Shown piece by piece: positions 1-9,699 of a stretch of 64,000 nt of DNA. The DNA is from an uncultured Armatimonadia bacterium (GTDB lineage Bacteria > Armatimonadota > Zipacnadia > CAVVLO01). The notes below the pieces were generated by a model, which was not told where the DNA came from, did not search any database, and saw only the letters and a program-made list of their open reading frames with translations. Location of the stretch: positions 64,001-128,000 of the forward strand of contig CAVVLO010000001.1 of assembly GCA_963749155.1 (NCBI GenBank). The letters run 5' to 3'. How positions within the stretch are numbered: position 1 is the stretch's first letter; each line of letters starts with the position of its first letter. The position numbers were made by a program, and so were the translations under genes.

Positions 1-597
1 GGCGACTGCCCGCAGGACGCCCTCCATGTGGTTGAGCGCGAAGTAGCTGCCTTCGATGAGGAGGCTGTAAAGGTGCATCTGGCCAGCCAGGCAAAGCCAG
101 TCGCTCATATCCATGCCGGAGGCGGTTGCCCAGGCAGCGCGCTGCGACAGCTCAAGGAGGCTGGTTGCGGCTGCGAAGCGGAAGCTGTAAGCGCTGGCCC
201 GGTCGTATCCGAACTGGTCAACTGGCCGGTGCAACTCAACCTGGTGCCAATCACAGCGCCTTACCTGGCTGGCGCTGATTTACTGCTGGCGGCGGACTGC
301 ACGCCTTTCGCTGTGCCGGATTTCCACAGTCGCTATATGAAGGGCAAGGTCGTGTTGGTCGGTTGTCCCAAGCTGGACGACGCCGAACACTATCTGCAGA
401 AGCTCACAGCGTTGCTCGAGGCCAACAAGCCGGTCTCGCTGCAGGTTGTCTATATGGAAGTGCCCTGCTGTGGGTCGCTTGCGAGACTGGCTGAGCAAGC
501 GGTTAAGGCCGCTGGCGTTCCACTGACTTTGAAGCTGACCCGCGTCGGTATCGACGGCGGAGTTTTGTCCGAGCAAATAACCGAATTCGGCGCTTGA
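1..597 (+). CDS. 4Fe-4S ferredoxin-domain protein (5' partial)
   Basis: Frame open from base 1 (GDCPQDALHV...). Contains GGGCPGS, NWPVQL, LLLAADC, GCPKLDD and MEVPCC motifs typical of this iron-sulfur protein family. Confidence 0.85.
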   Translation, partial: GDCPQDALHVVEREVAAFDEEAVKVHLASQAKPVAHIHAGGGCPGSALRQLKEAGCGCEAEAVSAGPVVSELVNWPVQLNLVPITAPYLAGADLLLAADCTPFAVPDFHSRYMKGKVVLVGCPKLDDAEHYLQKLTALLEANKPVSLQVVYMEVPCCGSLARLAEQAVKAAGVPLTLKLTRVGIDGGVLSEQITEFGA

Positions 598-620
598 AAG
601 CGCTTTGGGAGGAGATCGTG

Positions 621-968
621 ATGGGTTGCGATTGTGGTTGCAATAAGCAGGAGGACTTGCGCGGCAAGTCGCTTGAATTAGCCGACCTGGTGCAGGTACA
701 GGAAGGGGCAGTGGTGAGTCGTCAGCTCATCGCAAAGCCAGTGGGCACTGTAACACTGTTCGCTTTTGCTGGCGGAGAGGGCCTGTCCGAGCATAGCGCC
801 CCCTATGATGCGCTAGTGCAGGTGCTGGAGGGGAAACTGGTCATCAAACTGGCTGGTGTACCTCATGAAGTCGAAGCAGGTCAGGCGCTAATAATGCCAG
901 CTGATGTGCCTCATGCGCTGGATGCCCCAGGCGATGCCAAAATGATGCTCGTGATGATTCGCGAGTAG
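621..968 (+). CDS. cupin domain protein
   Basis: GGAGG RBS before ATG 621. Cupin motifs LSEHSAP and MPADVPHAL. Confidence 0.9.
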   Translation: MGCDCGCNKQEDLRGKSLELADLVQVQEGAVVSRQLIAKPVGTVTLFAFAGGEGLSEHSAPYDALVQVLEGKLVIKLAGVPHEVEAGQALIMPADVPHALDAPGDAKMMLVMIRE

Positions 969-978
969 TAACGAAGGT

Positions 979-1018
979 TGAGGGAGGGCGCAGGCCACCT
1001 GGCTTGCGCCCTCTTCTT
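979..1018. terminator. hairpin between convergent genes, probable bidirectional terminator
   Basis: GAGGGCGCAGGCCA-CC-TGGCTTGCGCCCTC stem followed by TTCTT. Confidence 0.6.
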
Positions 1019-1019
1019 G

Positions 1020-2108
1020 TCAGCAACAGGCGCGGCCGAAATCGCGCACCGCCTGGGCGATGGCCGCATAACTGTCGCGCCAGCGCGTCATAGGCGGGTT
1101 CTCGGAGATCTGGATTTGCAACCTGCCCTGGCGGCCGTTTTGCTGCATCAGCTCCATCGCGACCCGGTAGACATCGGCGGGCGGCGCCAGATGGATAGAC
1201 GAGGGGAAGTTAACCAGCAGGGCCATCTCCGGCCACTGCTCCCTGGCCTGGGCAACGCTGGTATCGTTGTCTGGCTGGGGCGAGAAGCTGTCCAGCCCCG
1301 TCACTGCGGACTCTGCGATAGCGCTCCAGAGCGGCGCCAGGTCGCCGTCCATATGCACGAAGACCTGAGTTGCCACTCCGGCGTCGGCCAGGAGGCCCTT
1401 GAACTCTTCATAAGCGGGCAGGCAGAAGCGCCTGAAGTAGTGCTCGCCGATCATCGAGGCTGTAATGTTGTCGCCAAGTGAGATATACGGCACTGGCGCC
1501 TGCTTGCAGGCTTCAGCGGCCACCTTGAAGTATTTGGTCTGGTTAGCCTCCAGGGTTGCGAAGACCTCTTCCATCAGCTCCGGCTCATCCGCGACGTGAT
1601 ATGCGAGGTCCGTGGCGTCTACCCATTCTACCCAGAGGGCTTGCCAGACCGTGCGGATGCCCCAGGTGTGCGGAAGGCCGTTCTCTCCGACACTGGCGTC
1701 AGCCTCGAGATAACTTTCAGGATTTGGGCGGAAGCGCTGGTCGCGTAGATAGGCGAGCAGCGGGCGATAATCTTCCGGATCAACCACATAATGCTTCGCG
1801 GCGACCATTACGCCGAGGTCTCGCTGCAGCCGGTATTCGGCGTTAAGGGTGCCCTCAGGGGTAATCAGCCTCGCATAATAATAGGGCTGGCCCTCTCGCT
1901 GGCTCTCTTCCCACTCGTATCGGCAGTTAGGTGTCTCAATCGCATGGATTGAAGCCCCCGGCATCGCTCCGAAACAGTCCTTGCCGACAACTTCCCAGGC
2001 ATCCTCCATCGAGGGGCCGACGCCCACATACTGACAAAAGGGCACCTGATCGTGCTCCCGGCCTTCCACAACCGCAAGCTGGCGCTCTCTCATCGTCATC
2101 TGGCTCAT
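1020..2108 (-). CDS. uroporphyrinogen decarboxylase-like (URO-D/MtaA-CmuA family) protein
   Basis: MTMRER N-terminus, LGDN motif and VHMDG motif. Start placed at ATG 2108 just after the upstream gene's stop. Confidence 0.75.
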   Translation of the reverse strand: MSQMTMRERQLAVVEGREHDQVPFCQYVGVGPSMEDAWEVVGKDCFGAMPGASIHAIETPNCRYEWEESQREGQPYYYARLITPEGTLNAEYRLQRDLGVMVAAKHYVVDPEDYRPLLAYLRDQRFRPNPESYLEADASVGENGLPHTWGIRTVWQALWVEWVDATDLAYHVADEPELMEEVFATLEANQTKYFKVAAEACKQAPVPYISLGDNITASMIGEHYFRRFCLPAYEEFKGLLADAGVATQVFVHMDGDLAPLWSAIAESAVTGLDSFSPQPDNDTSVAQAREQWPEMALLVNFPSSIHLAPPADVYRVAMELMQQNGRQGRLQIQISENPPMTRWRDSYAAIAQAVRDFGRACC

Positions 2109-2112
2109 CCAG

Positions 2113-5100
2113 TCAGCCTCCAGGAACGTAGGTGTCCCACAACTTGAAATTGCGCAATACTCCATAGAAAGCGAATTGCGGATCTTTGGCGGCATACTGA
2201 CCTATCACCAGTGGCCTTGTCGCGGGCACATCAGCCAGTGGGCCATCGGCCTGCGGGTAAAGCTGTCCGTTCACGACCAGTGTGAAGTTATGGCCATTAT
2301 AGCCAAACTTGACGTGGTACCAGACGCCTGGCTGGATAGTCGGGCCCTGGGCATCTCCCTTGGCGGCGCGCACAATCAACTGGCCACCGAGAATCTGCAC
2401 GAACCAGCCATCCGCGAGCCATACGCCGTGCGAGAGGAGCACAGGCATACCTGAGGTTGTCTCAGTGCGAAACTCGAATTCCAGACTGAAGCCCTTGCCC
2501 AGGTTGTAGCCTGGGCTGTGAGCAAGCTCCAGCCAGCCGCCGGAGAACTGCGCTCCCTCGGGCGTGAAGGTGACTCCAGGATGCAGGTCGGCCCCCGCCG
2601 GCAGCGCGGTAAGGGGGAAGTCAAGCACAGGCGCGCTTTCTGGCCTGGCCTCCAGTTGGACAGTCACCTGTGCCTGGGAGCCCCGCTGACCGCTGATAGC
2701 AACCGGTACAACATAATAAGTCCAGTTACCAGCGCCAGGCTCATCGTAAAAGCGATGAGTGCTTTCGGGCGAGGCCAGCACGGTAGTAAGCGGGCTGGGC
2801 GCCTGGGCCTCGGCTGGATGGCCGCCCCTGCTGATTTGATAGTAGTCGGTACCTGGCCCTGCAGCGTCCCAGGAAAGGATAACCCCCCAGGCCAGCCGTT
2901 CTACCTGCAGGCCTTTCACTTCGGGCAGGGCTGATGCTGACACCTCGGCACTTACAGAAGCGCTCTCGGTGAGTACCTCTCCACCCCTTATAGCTAGTAC
3001 CTGCCAGGTGTGCTGGCCAGGCAGGGGTTGGTCGGGGAAGAGAAGCGCGGGCGTCTCAACCAGCACCTGACCATCGCGCAGCAGGCGATAGAACTCGGCC
3101 CCCGCGACGGCGTCCCAGCTCAGCACGGTGCGGCCTTCGGCTTCCTCTTCCGCCTGGAGAGTTGGCGTGGTTGCGGCCAACATGGGCCTTACAGGCAGGG
3201 GCAGTGTCTCGACGCGGAACTTCGGCATCACCGTGACCGCAGTCGGGCCCCAGGCAAAGCCAGCCTTGGCATCAGGCGAGAAGGAGAAAGCCACCTCGAA
3301 GCCTGGCTGGGTGACCTGAGCGCGGTCCAGTGCAAAGGAGTAGACCCAGCCCGAGACAGGCTTCAACTCGAAACTCTCCCAGTCGGTTGCTCCGAGCTGG
3401 CGAACATGCGCCCAGACCGGCTGGCCCCCGAGGGAGAGCACTTCCACATCATAAGGTTTGGCGACCGAGGTGGAGGTCAGCAACCGGGGCACCCCAATCT
3501 GGGCCGCCGGTTGCCACAGAGGCACGTCGAGCCTCTCGCCGGACAGCGCCTCGGCTTGCTCGACCAGCGTCTGCCAGGCTGGCACGGCTTTGGTCAGGAT
3601 GGTCGCAAGCACGCCGTATTCGCCGCGTGTGGTGACGCGCTGGGCGTAAGTCTGGACAGCTTTGGCGAGATTGCCAGCCTCCAGCTTCGAAAGCGCCTCT
3701 GCGGCCAGGAGCTTCGCCTGGTCTGGCTGTGCGGCGCGCGCCTGGGCAAGCAAGCGTTCAGCCTCGGTTGCGGCAGACCCGGCGCTCTGGTAAGCCAGCA
3801 CCCAGTCCATACGGTTTAACAGCCACTGAAGCCGGGGCTTGTAGCGACCAGCCTCCGGAAGCAGTCTGGCGGTCTCGTCGCGCAGAGCGGCAAGCTGGGT
3901 GGTCTTCTCCAGGCTACCTGGACCCCACGAGAAAGGAGCACATTCGTTCTGGCCGCCCCCTCCTACCCAGCGATATCCAAGCGAATCCAGCGCGGACTCT
4001 ATCCGGGCAAGCTCCGGGCCAAGTTCAGTGCCGTAGTTGCGCCTGGCGTAGTCGTCGAAGAAGCTCTCGGCGGTCAGAGAGGGATCCCAGGCGTATTCGA
4101 CGAGGTAAGCAAGATTCTCTTCGATGTCGCGGGTGCGCCAGTGGATGCCCAGGATGCCCTGACTGCCGCCCTCGTGGGCGTATTTCACCATTGGCTCATA
4201 AGTATGGACATAAGGCTGGGGGTGCCACTGGTCGCCATCGTTTTCCAGCCATGGGATAGGCCACCGCTCGCGGTCTCGGGGCAGCTCGGTGTAGATACGG
4301 TCTACGCGCCCAAGCGGGCCGATATTATCGAGAGAAGAAAACACCACGTCCTGGGGAAGGAGCTTGTCCAGGCCTTCGTAATATTCGGCTGATAAAATCC
4401 GCTCATCTCCACCCCAGCCCGAGATGACAAGAGTTGGGGCGCCTTCACGTTGCTTGAATACCGAAAGCGCAAGCTCGCTGAAAAGCGCCAGCCGCGCGCC
4501 TTCATTGGCTCGGGCGCGCTTGCCTGCTTCGTTGTCCTGATAGAAAGGCGGGATACCCTTGCTGCGGTTTACTATGCGGTCGAACATCTTGCGCCAGTAA
4601 TCGCCATATTCGGGCAGTCGAGAGCCTGATTTCAAACCCGTAGGCAGGATGTGCAGGTTGTACTGACTCGCAAAACCTTGCGCGCCTTGAGTTTCCGACT
4701 GCCACAGCCATATGTAGTCGAGACCGGGATACTGGTCCAGCAGCCGATTCAGCCGCTTTAGAAAGACCTCCCGGTATTGGGGATTCAAGGGATCGCCGGA
4801 CAATTCGAAGCCCAGGCAAGTCTTGAGGCCTCGCTGCCGGGCATAGGCCAGAGCATCGCGCATCAGGTTCTGTTCGAGCTGGATACGCGCACCGGCATCG
4901 TCCGAGGCCAGTGTCGAGGCCGCGCCAAAATAAGGCTGGGAGAAGACCTGCCAGAGGCCAAAGGGGAACTCGCTGGTGGGAGTTGGCTTGGTACCCCACA
5001 GGTTGGCGGAGGTGTTGAGCAGCGGCGCGCCCCACTGCCAGGCGCCGCTATCGTGATAGCCCGCAAAAGGTTCTGCATCGTAGGTATGGAAGCCGAGGAA

Positions 5101-5685
5101 GTTGGCGCCCATGCGTATGAGCTGATCCGCGACAGCGCGGTGGTCGATTGGATCCCAGGTAGTCGGGCTGTTGAGGAAGTTGTACCAGGGCAGCACTCCC
5201 CTGATACGGAAGACAGGCTCCTTCACCAGCGAATCAGTCGGAAGGCGCTCAGGAAGCTTCTCGGGAATCGCTTCGCTGCCGAAGTAGAAGCCGAAGCCGA
5301 GTTGCCTAAGCAGGCCGTAGAGGGCGTTGGTTGCGCCCTCGGCGCTCTGGCCAGCGGCAAGCACCACTTCCACGGTTTCCAGATGACTGTTAATCAGCCA
5401 ATAGCCCTGCTCGCTGACTTCGCCTGCCATCGGGAGGTTCTGGGCGAGCAACTCATTACCCTCGGGGGTACCCAGAATCACTGCCGGGCGCGGGGCGGCG
5501 CGCCATTCTGCGGGAGAGAGCAGGCTTGGGACAGTGCCTGTCACCTGAGTGAAATAGCGCATCAGGTCTGTGGTAGCGAGCCGTTCGGAGGGGGACTGTT
5601 TACCCACGACCAGCGTTTGCCAGGGCGAGGCGGCAGCCAGGCAGGCCACTGCGCCGATAATCACCAGAAGCGCGAACACTTTCAT
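2113..5685 (-). CDS. large secreted glycoside-hydrolase-like protein with FN3-like and C-terminal LamG domains
   Basis: Signal peptide MKVFALLVIIGAVACLAAA. GH20/GH89-type N-domain (NALYGLLRQLGFGF), TIM-barrel region, FN3-like repeats (LSWDAV, LSWDAA), LamG tail (WYHV...FYGVLRNFKLW). Confidence 0.7.
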   Translation of the reverse strand: MKVFALLVIIGAVACLAAASPWQTLVVGKQSPSERLATTDLMRYFTQVTGTVPSLLSPAEWRAAPRPAVILGTPEGNELLAQNLPMAGEVSEQGYWLINSHLETVEVVLAAGQSAEGATNALYGLLRQLGFGFYFGSEAIPEKLPERLPTDSLVKEPVFRIRGVLPWYNFLNSPTTWDPIDHRAVADQLIRMGANFLGFHTYDAEPFAGYHDSGAWQWGAPLLNTSANLWGTKPTPTSEFPFGLWQVFSQPYFGAASTLASDDAGARIQLEQNLMRDALAYARQRGLKTCLGFELSGDPLNPQYREVFLKRLNRLLDQYPGLDYIWLWQSETQGAQGFASQYNLHILPTGLKSGSRLPEYGDYWRKMFDRIVNRSKGIPPFYQDNEAGKRARANEGARLALFSELALSVFKQREGAPTLVISGWGGDERILSAEYYEGLDKLLPQDVVFSSLDNIGPLGRVDRIYTELPRDRERWPIPWLENDGDQWHPQPYVHTYEPMVKYAHEGGSQGILGIHWRTRDIEENLAYLVEYAWDPSLTAESFFDDYARRNYGTELGPELARIESALDSLGYRWVGGGGQNECAPFSWGPGSLEKTTQLAALRDETARLLPEAGRYKPRLQWLLNRMDWVLAYQSAGSAATEAERLLAQARAAQPDQAKLLAAEALSKLEAGNLAKAVQTYAQRVTTRGEYGVLATILTKAVPAWQTLVEQAEALSGERLDVPLWQPAAQIGVPRLLTSTSVAKPYDVEVLSLGGQPVWAHVRQLGATDWESFELKPVSGWVYSFALDRAQVTQPGFEVAFSFSPDAKAGFAWGPTAVTVMPKFRVETLPLPVRPMLAATTPTLQAEEEAEGRTVLSWDAVAGAEFYRLLRDGQVLVETPALLFPDQPLPGQHTWQVLAIRGGEVLTESASVSAEVSASALPEVKGLQVERLAWGVILSWDAAGPGTDYYQISRGGHPAEAQAPSPLTTVLASPESTHRFYDEPGAGNWTYYVVPVAISGQRGSQAQVTVQLEARPESAPVLDFPLTALPAGADLHPGVTFTPEGAQFSGGWLELAHSPGYNLGKGFSLEFEFRTETTSGMPVLLSHGVWLADGWFVQILGGQLIVRAAKGDAQGPTIQPGVWYHVKFGYNGHNFTLVVNGQLYPQADGPLADVPATRPLVIGQYAAKDPQFAFYGVLRNFKLWDTYVPGG

Positions 5686-5763
5686 TTGCCCCTTCCCCAA
5701 ACCAGTGGTTACTCCAAAAACTAGTGGGGGTGTGGGGGCGATGCCCCCACGCCTTTCCGCCCT

Positions 5764-5932
5764 TGCTTTTGCTTTTGATTTACGCCTCAACCAGGCGGGC
5801 GGCAGCCCGCCTGCTTTTGCTTTTGACTTATGTCTCAAACCGGCGGGCGTAAGCCCGCCCTTGCCTTTGGACTTTTTGCTTTTGACTTACGTCTCAACCA
5901 GGCGGACGACAGCCCGCCCTGCTTTTGACTTT
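5764..5932. repeat. three tandem ~45-50 bp palindromic units (REP/BIME-like)
   Basis: Unit TGCTTTTGA(C/T)TTA(C/T)G(T/C)CTCAAnCnGGCGGGCnnnnGCCCGCC at 5764, 5812 and 5877, plus a partial copy at 5920. Confidence 0.85.
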
Positions 5933-5943
5933 CTGTCAAAATA

Positions 5944-7947
5944 TCAATCATCCAGAGCCAGCCAGCGCAGCTCTGCAGGGGTAAGTTCCAGATTGGCCGC
6001 ATCGACTGAGATGGCAAGTTCTTCCAAGGTATGTGGCCCGATCAGGGCATAGGTTGGGAAGGGCTGGTTCAGCACCCAGGCCAGGGCTAGCTGGATGGGT
6101 TCTACGCCCTTGGTCCTGGCCAGTTCTTTGGCCCTTTCGAGGCGCAGGAAGTTGTCTTTGCTGTACCAACTGCGCACCAGGTCGGTGTTGGAAGTATCGT
6201 CTGGATTGCCATATACAAAGAAGCCGCGCGAGGTACTCGACCAGCTCATTACGGGGAGCTGGCGCTGCTCGAGCCAGGCGCGCGAGGCGGTGTCCGAAAC
6301 GTGCAGGCAGCCGCCCCAGACCGGATCGGTCATATGCGCGAGGGCCAGGTTGTTGCTGACCGCCACTGGCCCGTTGAGGCCGTGGTTATGAGCGTAGTTG
6401 GTGGCTTCTTCGATGCGCTCGAGCGTCCAGTTGGAGAAGCCGAACACCTTGATGCGCCCGGCCTTCTGGTGCTGGTTTAGCACGTCGATGAACTCGCCTA
6501 CTGGCACGTCCAGGTTGTCCCGGTGCATCATATAGATATCCACATAATCAGTTTGCATCTGTTCGAGCGTGGTGAAAAGCTCGGCGGTCAAGGACTCGGG
6601 GAAGCAGTTGGGAGTATGGGCGCCCTTGGCCAGCACTACGACCTCTTCCCTGATGCCGCGGTTCTTGATCCACTGGCCCAAAATCGCGTCAGCAGGCCCG
6701 TAAACGCGCGCGGTGTCGAAGCAGTTGCCGCCCAGGCGGAAGTACTCATCGAACATCACCGAGGCGAAGGGCAGGCTGAAGGTGGCCCCGCCCAGCATCA
6801 CTCCCATCACAAGGCGCGAGACAGGTTTCTCGAGCCCAGGCAGGCGATCACAAGGTATAGGAGCGTCGTCGCATTTGGCCAGTGGGCGATGGTCCACAGT
6901 GGGGAAGTCGGCCCAGGGACGCTCGACGTCATAGTAGAAGTCCATCCCAAGCCGCCAGCGGTCGAGGGTCTGCATATTGCCCAGCGTGTCGCCCCAGCTC
7001 ATAGCGGGTGAGGGCGCCTGTCCGGCCCCAATATTGGCGGTCACAGTGTCGGCTTCGATACTGTAGATGCCCTGGGCAACTTCAATCTCGACGACCGTCT
7101 CCGGCTCTCCATATCTCTGGACAATCAGCTTCACAGTGCCAGGTTCGCGCCCGTTGCAGAACCAGGGCGAGGGCACGGTGATGCGTCCCTGACTGCCGAA
7201 GATGCGTACCTGGTTCTCATGACCGAGCCTTACACCTGTCTGCACATAGGCGAGTATGTCCTTCTCGAAACGCAAGAGAGCGGTGGTCCATTCGTCCACG
7301 CGGGATTCCTCTCCCAGGTGGCCAATCGCTTTGACCTCAATTGGATCGGCCCAGTCGCGGCCCAAGGCGGCGCCGGCAATGAGGCGCGCCATCGAGGTGC
7401 AATAGCAGCCCACATCCAGGATGCCTCCCCCGCCCAGCGCCTGGTTGAGCAGCCTGCCTCCCAGGTTGTAACCGGCATCGAAGCTGAAACTGGCCTCTAT
7501 CAGTCGCACCTCGCCGATTACGCCCTCCCGAATTAGCTCGACCAATTTGGCGGTCTGCGGATTGCAGCGATACATAAAGGCTTCCATCAGGAAGACGCCT
7601 GCTTTGCGAGCGGCGTCTACGACGGCCATAGCTTCGGGATAATCCAGGGTAAGGGGCTTCTCGCACAGGATATGCTTGCCCGCTTCGGCAGTCTTGATAG
7701 CCCACTGGGCGTGCATTGGGTGGGGCGTGGAGATATATACGGCCTGGACTTCGGGATCGGCCAGCATGGCCTCATAACTACCGAAGCGCCTGGGCGCTCC
7801 GAACTCTTCGCCGAACTGGTCGGCTTTCTCCTGGCTGCGACTGGCGATGGCCAGCAGCTCTCCTGTAGTGCTGCCCTTGAGACCAAGCGCAAAGGCTTTG
7901 GCGATGTTGCCCGTACCGATGATGCCCCACTGTAACTTGCTGCTCAT
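5944..7947 (-). CDS. Gfo/Idh/MocA oxidoreductase fused to aldo/keto reductase
   Basis: WGIIGTGNIA, CEKP and GGGILDVGCY in the N-half. FDTARVYG, YMMHRD and GFSNW AKR motifs in the C-half. Confidence 0.93.
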   Translation of the reverse strand: MSSKLQWGIIGTGNIAKAFALGLKGSTTGELLAIASRSQEKADQFGEEFGAPRRFGSYEAMLADPEVQAVYISTPHPMHAQWAIKTAEAGKHILCEKPLTLDYPEAMAVVDAARKAGVFLMEAFMYRCNPQTAKLVELIREGVIGEVRLIEASFSFDAGYNLGGRLLNQALGGGGILDVGCYCTSMARLIAGAALGRDWADPIEVKAIGHLGEESRVDEWTTALLRFEKDILAYVQTGVRLGHENQVRIFGSQGRITVPSPWFCNGREPGTVKLIVQRYGEPETVVEIEVAQGIYSIEADTVTANIGAGQAPSPAMSWGDTLGNMQTLDRWRLGMDFYYDVERPWADFPTVDHRPLAKCDDAPIPCDRLPGLEKPVSRLVMGVMLGGATFSLPFASVMFDEYFRLGGNCFDTARVYGPADAILGQWIKNRGIREEVVVLAKGAHTPNCFPESLTAELFTTLEQMQTDYVDIYMMHRDNLDVPVGEFIDVLNQHQKAGRIKVFGFSNWTLERIEEATNYAHNHGLNGPVAVSNNLALAHMTDPVWGGCLHVSDTASRAWLEQRQLPVMSWSSTSRGFFVYGNPDDTSNTDLVRSWYSKDNFLRLERAKELARTKGVEPIQLALAWVLNQPFPTYALIGPHTLEELAISVDAANLELTPAELRWLALDD

Positions 7948-8049
7948 CTGGTTTCTCCCTGAGATTATGGTAAGGCCTGGTTGTTGCCAAGCCTCCTAGA
8001 ATAGCACGCGCCTGGGAGAAATCCTGCCTTTCGAAGCTAACCGGTAAGA

Positions 8050-8078
8050 ATAACGCAAACCTAACATCCGCTTAATCA
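8050..8078 (+). promoter_or_regulatory. putative Pho box (11-bp periodic TAAC/TAAT half-sites)
   Basis: TAAC at 8051, TAAC at 8062 and TAAT at 8073, upstream of an alkaline phosphatase next to phoBR. Confidence 0.6.
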
Positions 8079-8165
8079 CCAGACAATCTGGTCCCTGTAA
8101 CCTCCAAATCAGGTGGACGCCTTCGGCCGAGCTCCACCAAATCAGATTCTGGAGGGTTTACCGCA

Positions 8166-9530
8166 ATGCGCAGCCCGAAACTTGTGTCACTTCTGATTTC
8201 AGGAGTACTCGCGGCAGGCAGCCTTATTTCGGCAGTCCAGGCCGCGCCAACCGTAGATTGTTTTCGTCCAGACCGTGATCGTGGCGGTGTCCGCAACATC
8301 ATCGTGATGATTAGCGATGGGTGCGGTTACGGCCAGATCGAAGCCACCGACTACTACCAGTATGGTCGTCTCGGACGCCAGGTCTACGAACGTTTCCCCG
8401 TCAAGCTCGGCATGAGCACCTATTCCTACTACGGCTCCTATGATCCTATTGCCGCCTGGAGCGACTTCAACTGGGTCAAGAGTGGCGCCACCGATTCCGC
8501 CTCGGCCGCAACCGCGATGTCGACTGGCATGAAGACTTATGACGCTGCCATCGGCGTAGACATCAACCGTCAGCCTCTCGTCCACCTTATGCAGCAAGCC
8601 GAGGCACTTGGCAAGCGCACCGGTGTCGTCTCGAGCGTACCTTTCTCGCATGCCACCCCGGCTGGCTATGTCGCCCACAATACCAGCCGCAACGATTACA
8701 AAGGTATCGCTAACGAGATGCTTCGTGTCAGCGCGACGGACGTCATCCTCAGCGCCGGGCATCCCTTCTTCGACGACAGCCACAACGTGCTGCCGATGCC
8801 CAAATTCGGCTATATCGGCGAGGCGGATTTTGATTATGTCGCCTCTGGACAGCCTTGTGCAGATGCTGATGGCAACGGTACCCCCGACCCCTGGACCTTC
8901 GTGGACAGCCAGGCGGAGTTCCGCTCGCTGCTCCTGGACCGTCGTGTGCCTGAGCGAGTTTTCGGACTTGCCGAATGTGGCAGCACCTTGCAGCAGAGCC
9001 GTGCCGGCGATGGCCAGGCCGCTCCCTTTACCGTGCCTTTCAATAAGGGTGTGCCCAACCTGTCCGAGCTGTCAGTTGGCGCTCTGCGCGTACTCGACCA
9101 GGGTCGTAAAGGCTTCGTGCTGATGATCGAGGGAGGCGCCGTTGACTGGGCCGGCCACGCCAATCAGCTTGGGCGCACCATCGAGGAAGAAATCGACTTC
9201 AATCAGGCTGTCGAGGCTGTCTGCGCCTGGGTTCAGAAGAACAGCAACTGGGGCGAGACCCTTCTGGTCGTCACTGGCGACCACGAGTGTGGCTACCTGA
9301 CTGGGGCTGGCTCCAACCCACTGTGGCAGCCAATTGTAAACAACGGCAAAGGCCAGTTGCCTGGCGCCGCCTTCTACAGTGGCAGCCACACAAATGCCCT
9401 TATCCCCTTCTTCGCAATGGGCAAAGGGCACCAACTGTTCAGGTTCGAAGCGGACCAGGTAGATCCCGTCCGCGGTGCTTACCTGGACAATACCGAGCTG
9501 GCGAAGGTCTGCTTCGACGTGCTCGACTAG
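8166..9530 (+). CDS. phoA: alkaline phosphatase
   Basis: Signal peptide. IIVMISDG, TDSASAAT (catalytic Ser), HATPA, EGGAVDWAGH and TGDHE motifs. Confidence 0.95.
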   Translation: MRSPKLVSLLISGVLAAGSLISAVQAAPTVDCFRPDRDRGGVRNIIVMISDGCGYGQIEATDYYQYGRLGRQVYERFPVKLGMSTYSYYGSYDPIAAWSDFNWVKSGATDSASAATAMSTGMKTYDAAIGVDINRQPLVHLMQQAEALGKRTGVVSSVPFSHATPAGYVAHNTSRNDYKGIANEMLRVSATDVILSAGHPFFDDSHNVLPMPKFGYIGEADFDYVASGQPCADADGNGTPDPWTFVDSQAEFRSLLLDRRVPERVFGLAECGSTLQQSRAGDGQAAPFTVPFNKGVPNLSELSVGALRVLDQGRKGFVLMIEGGAVDWAGHANQLGRTIEEEIDFNQAVEAVCAWVQKNSNWGETLLVVTGDHECGYLTGAGSNPLWQPIVNNGKGQLPGAAFYSGSHTNALIPFFAMGKGHQLFRFEADQVDPVRGAYLDNTELAKVCFDVLD

Positions 9531-9699
9531 ATAGATGACAGCAGTATAAGGGTGAAGCCTGGGGAGCCCAGAGTGCCTGGCCAGTCCAGTTGCTCTGGCT
9601 CCCCGCAGGGGTAACAGGGTTGCGCGCCCACCACAATTTTAAGCAAGTTGACCTGCGGCTAACAGTCGCAGGCTTGGTGCTAGTAAGGGGGTTGTTGAT

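Noticed and set aside
5686..5838. N-terminal extension of the 1241-aa ORF (KSKAK repeats)
   Set aside because: It is a translation of the intergenic repeat array. The signal peptide starts at ATG 5685.
5764..5932. Possible CRISPR array
   Set aside because: The units are adjacent and degenerate, with no unique equal-length spacers, and no cas genes are in the window.
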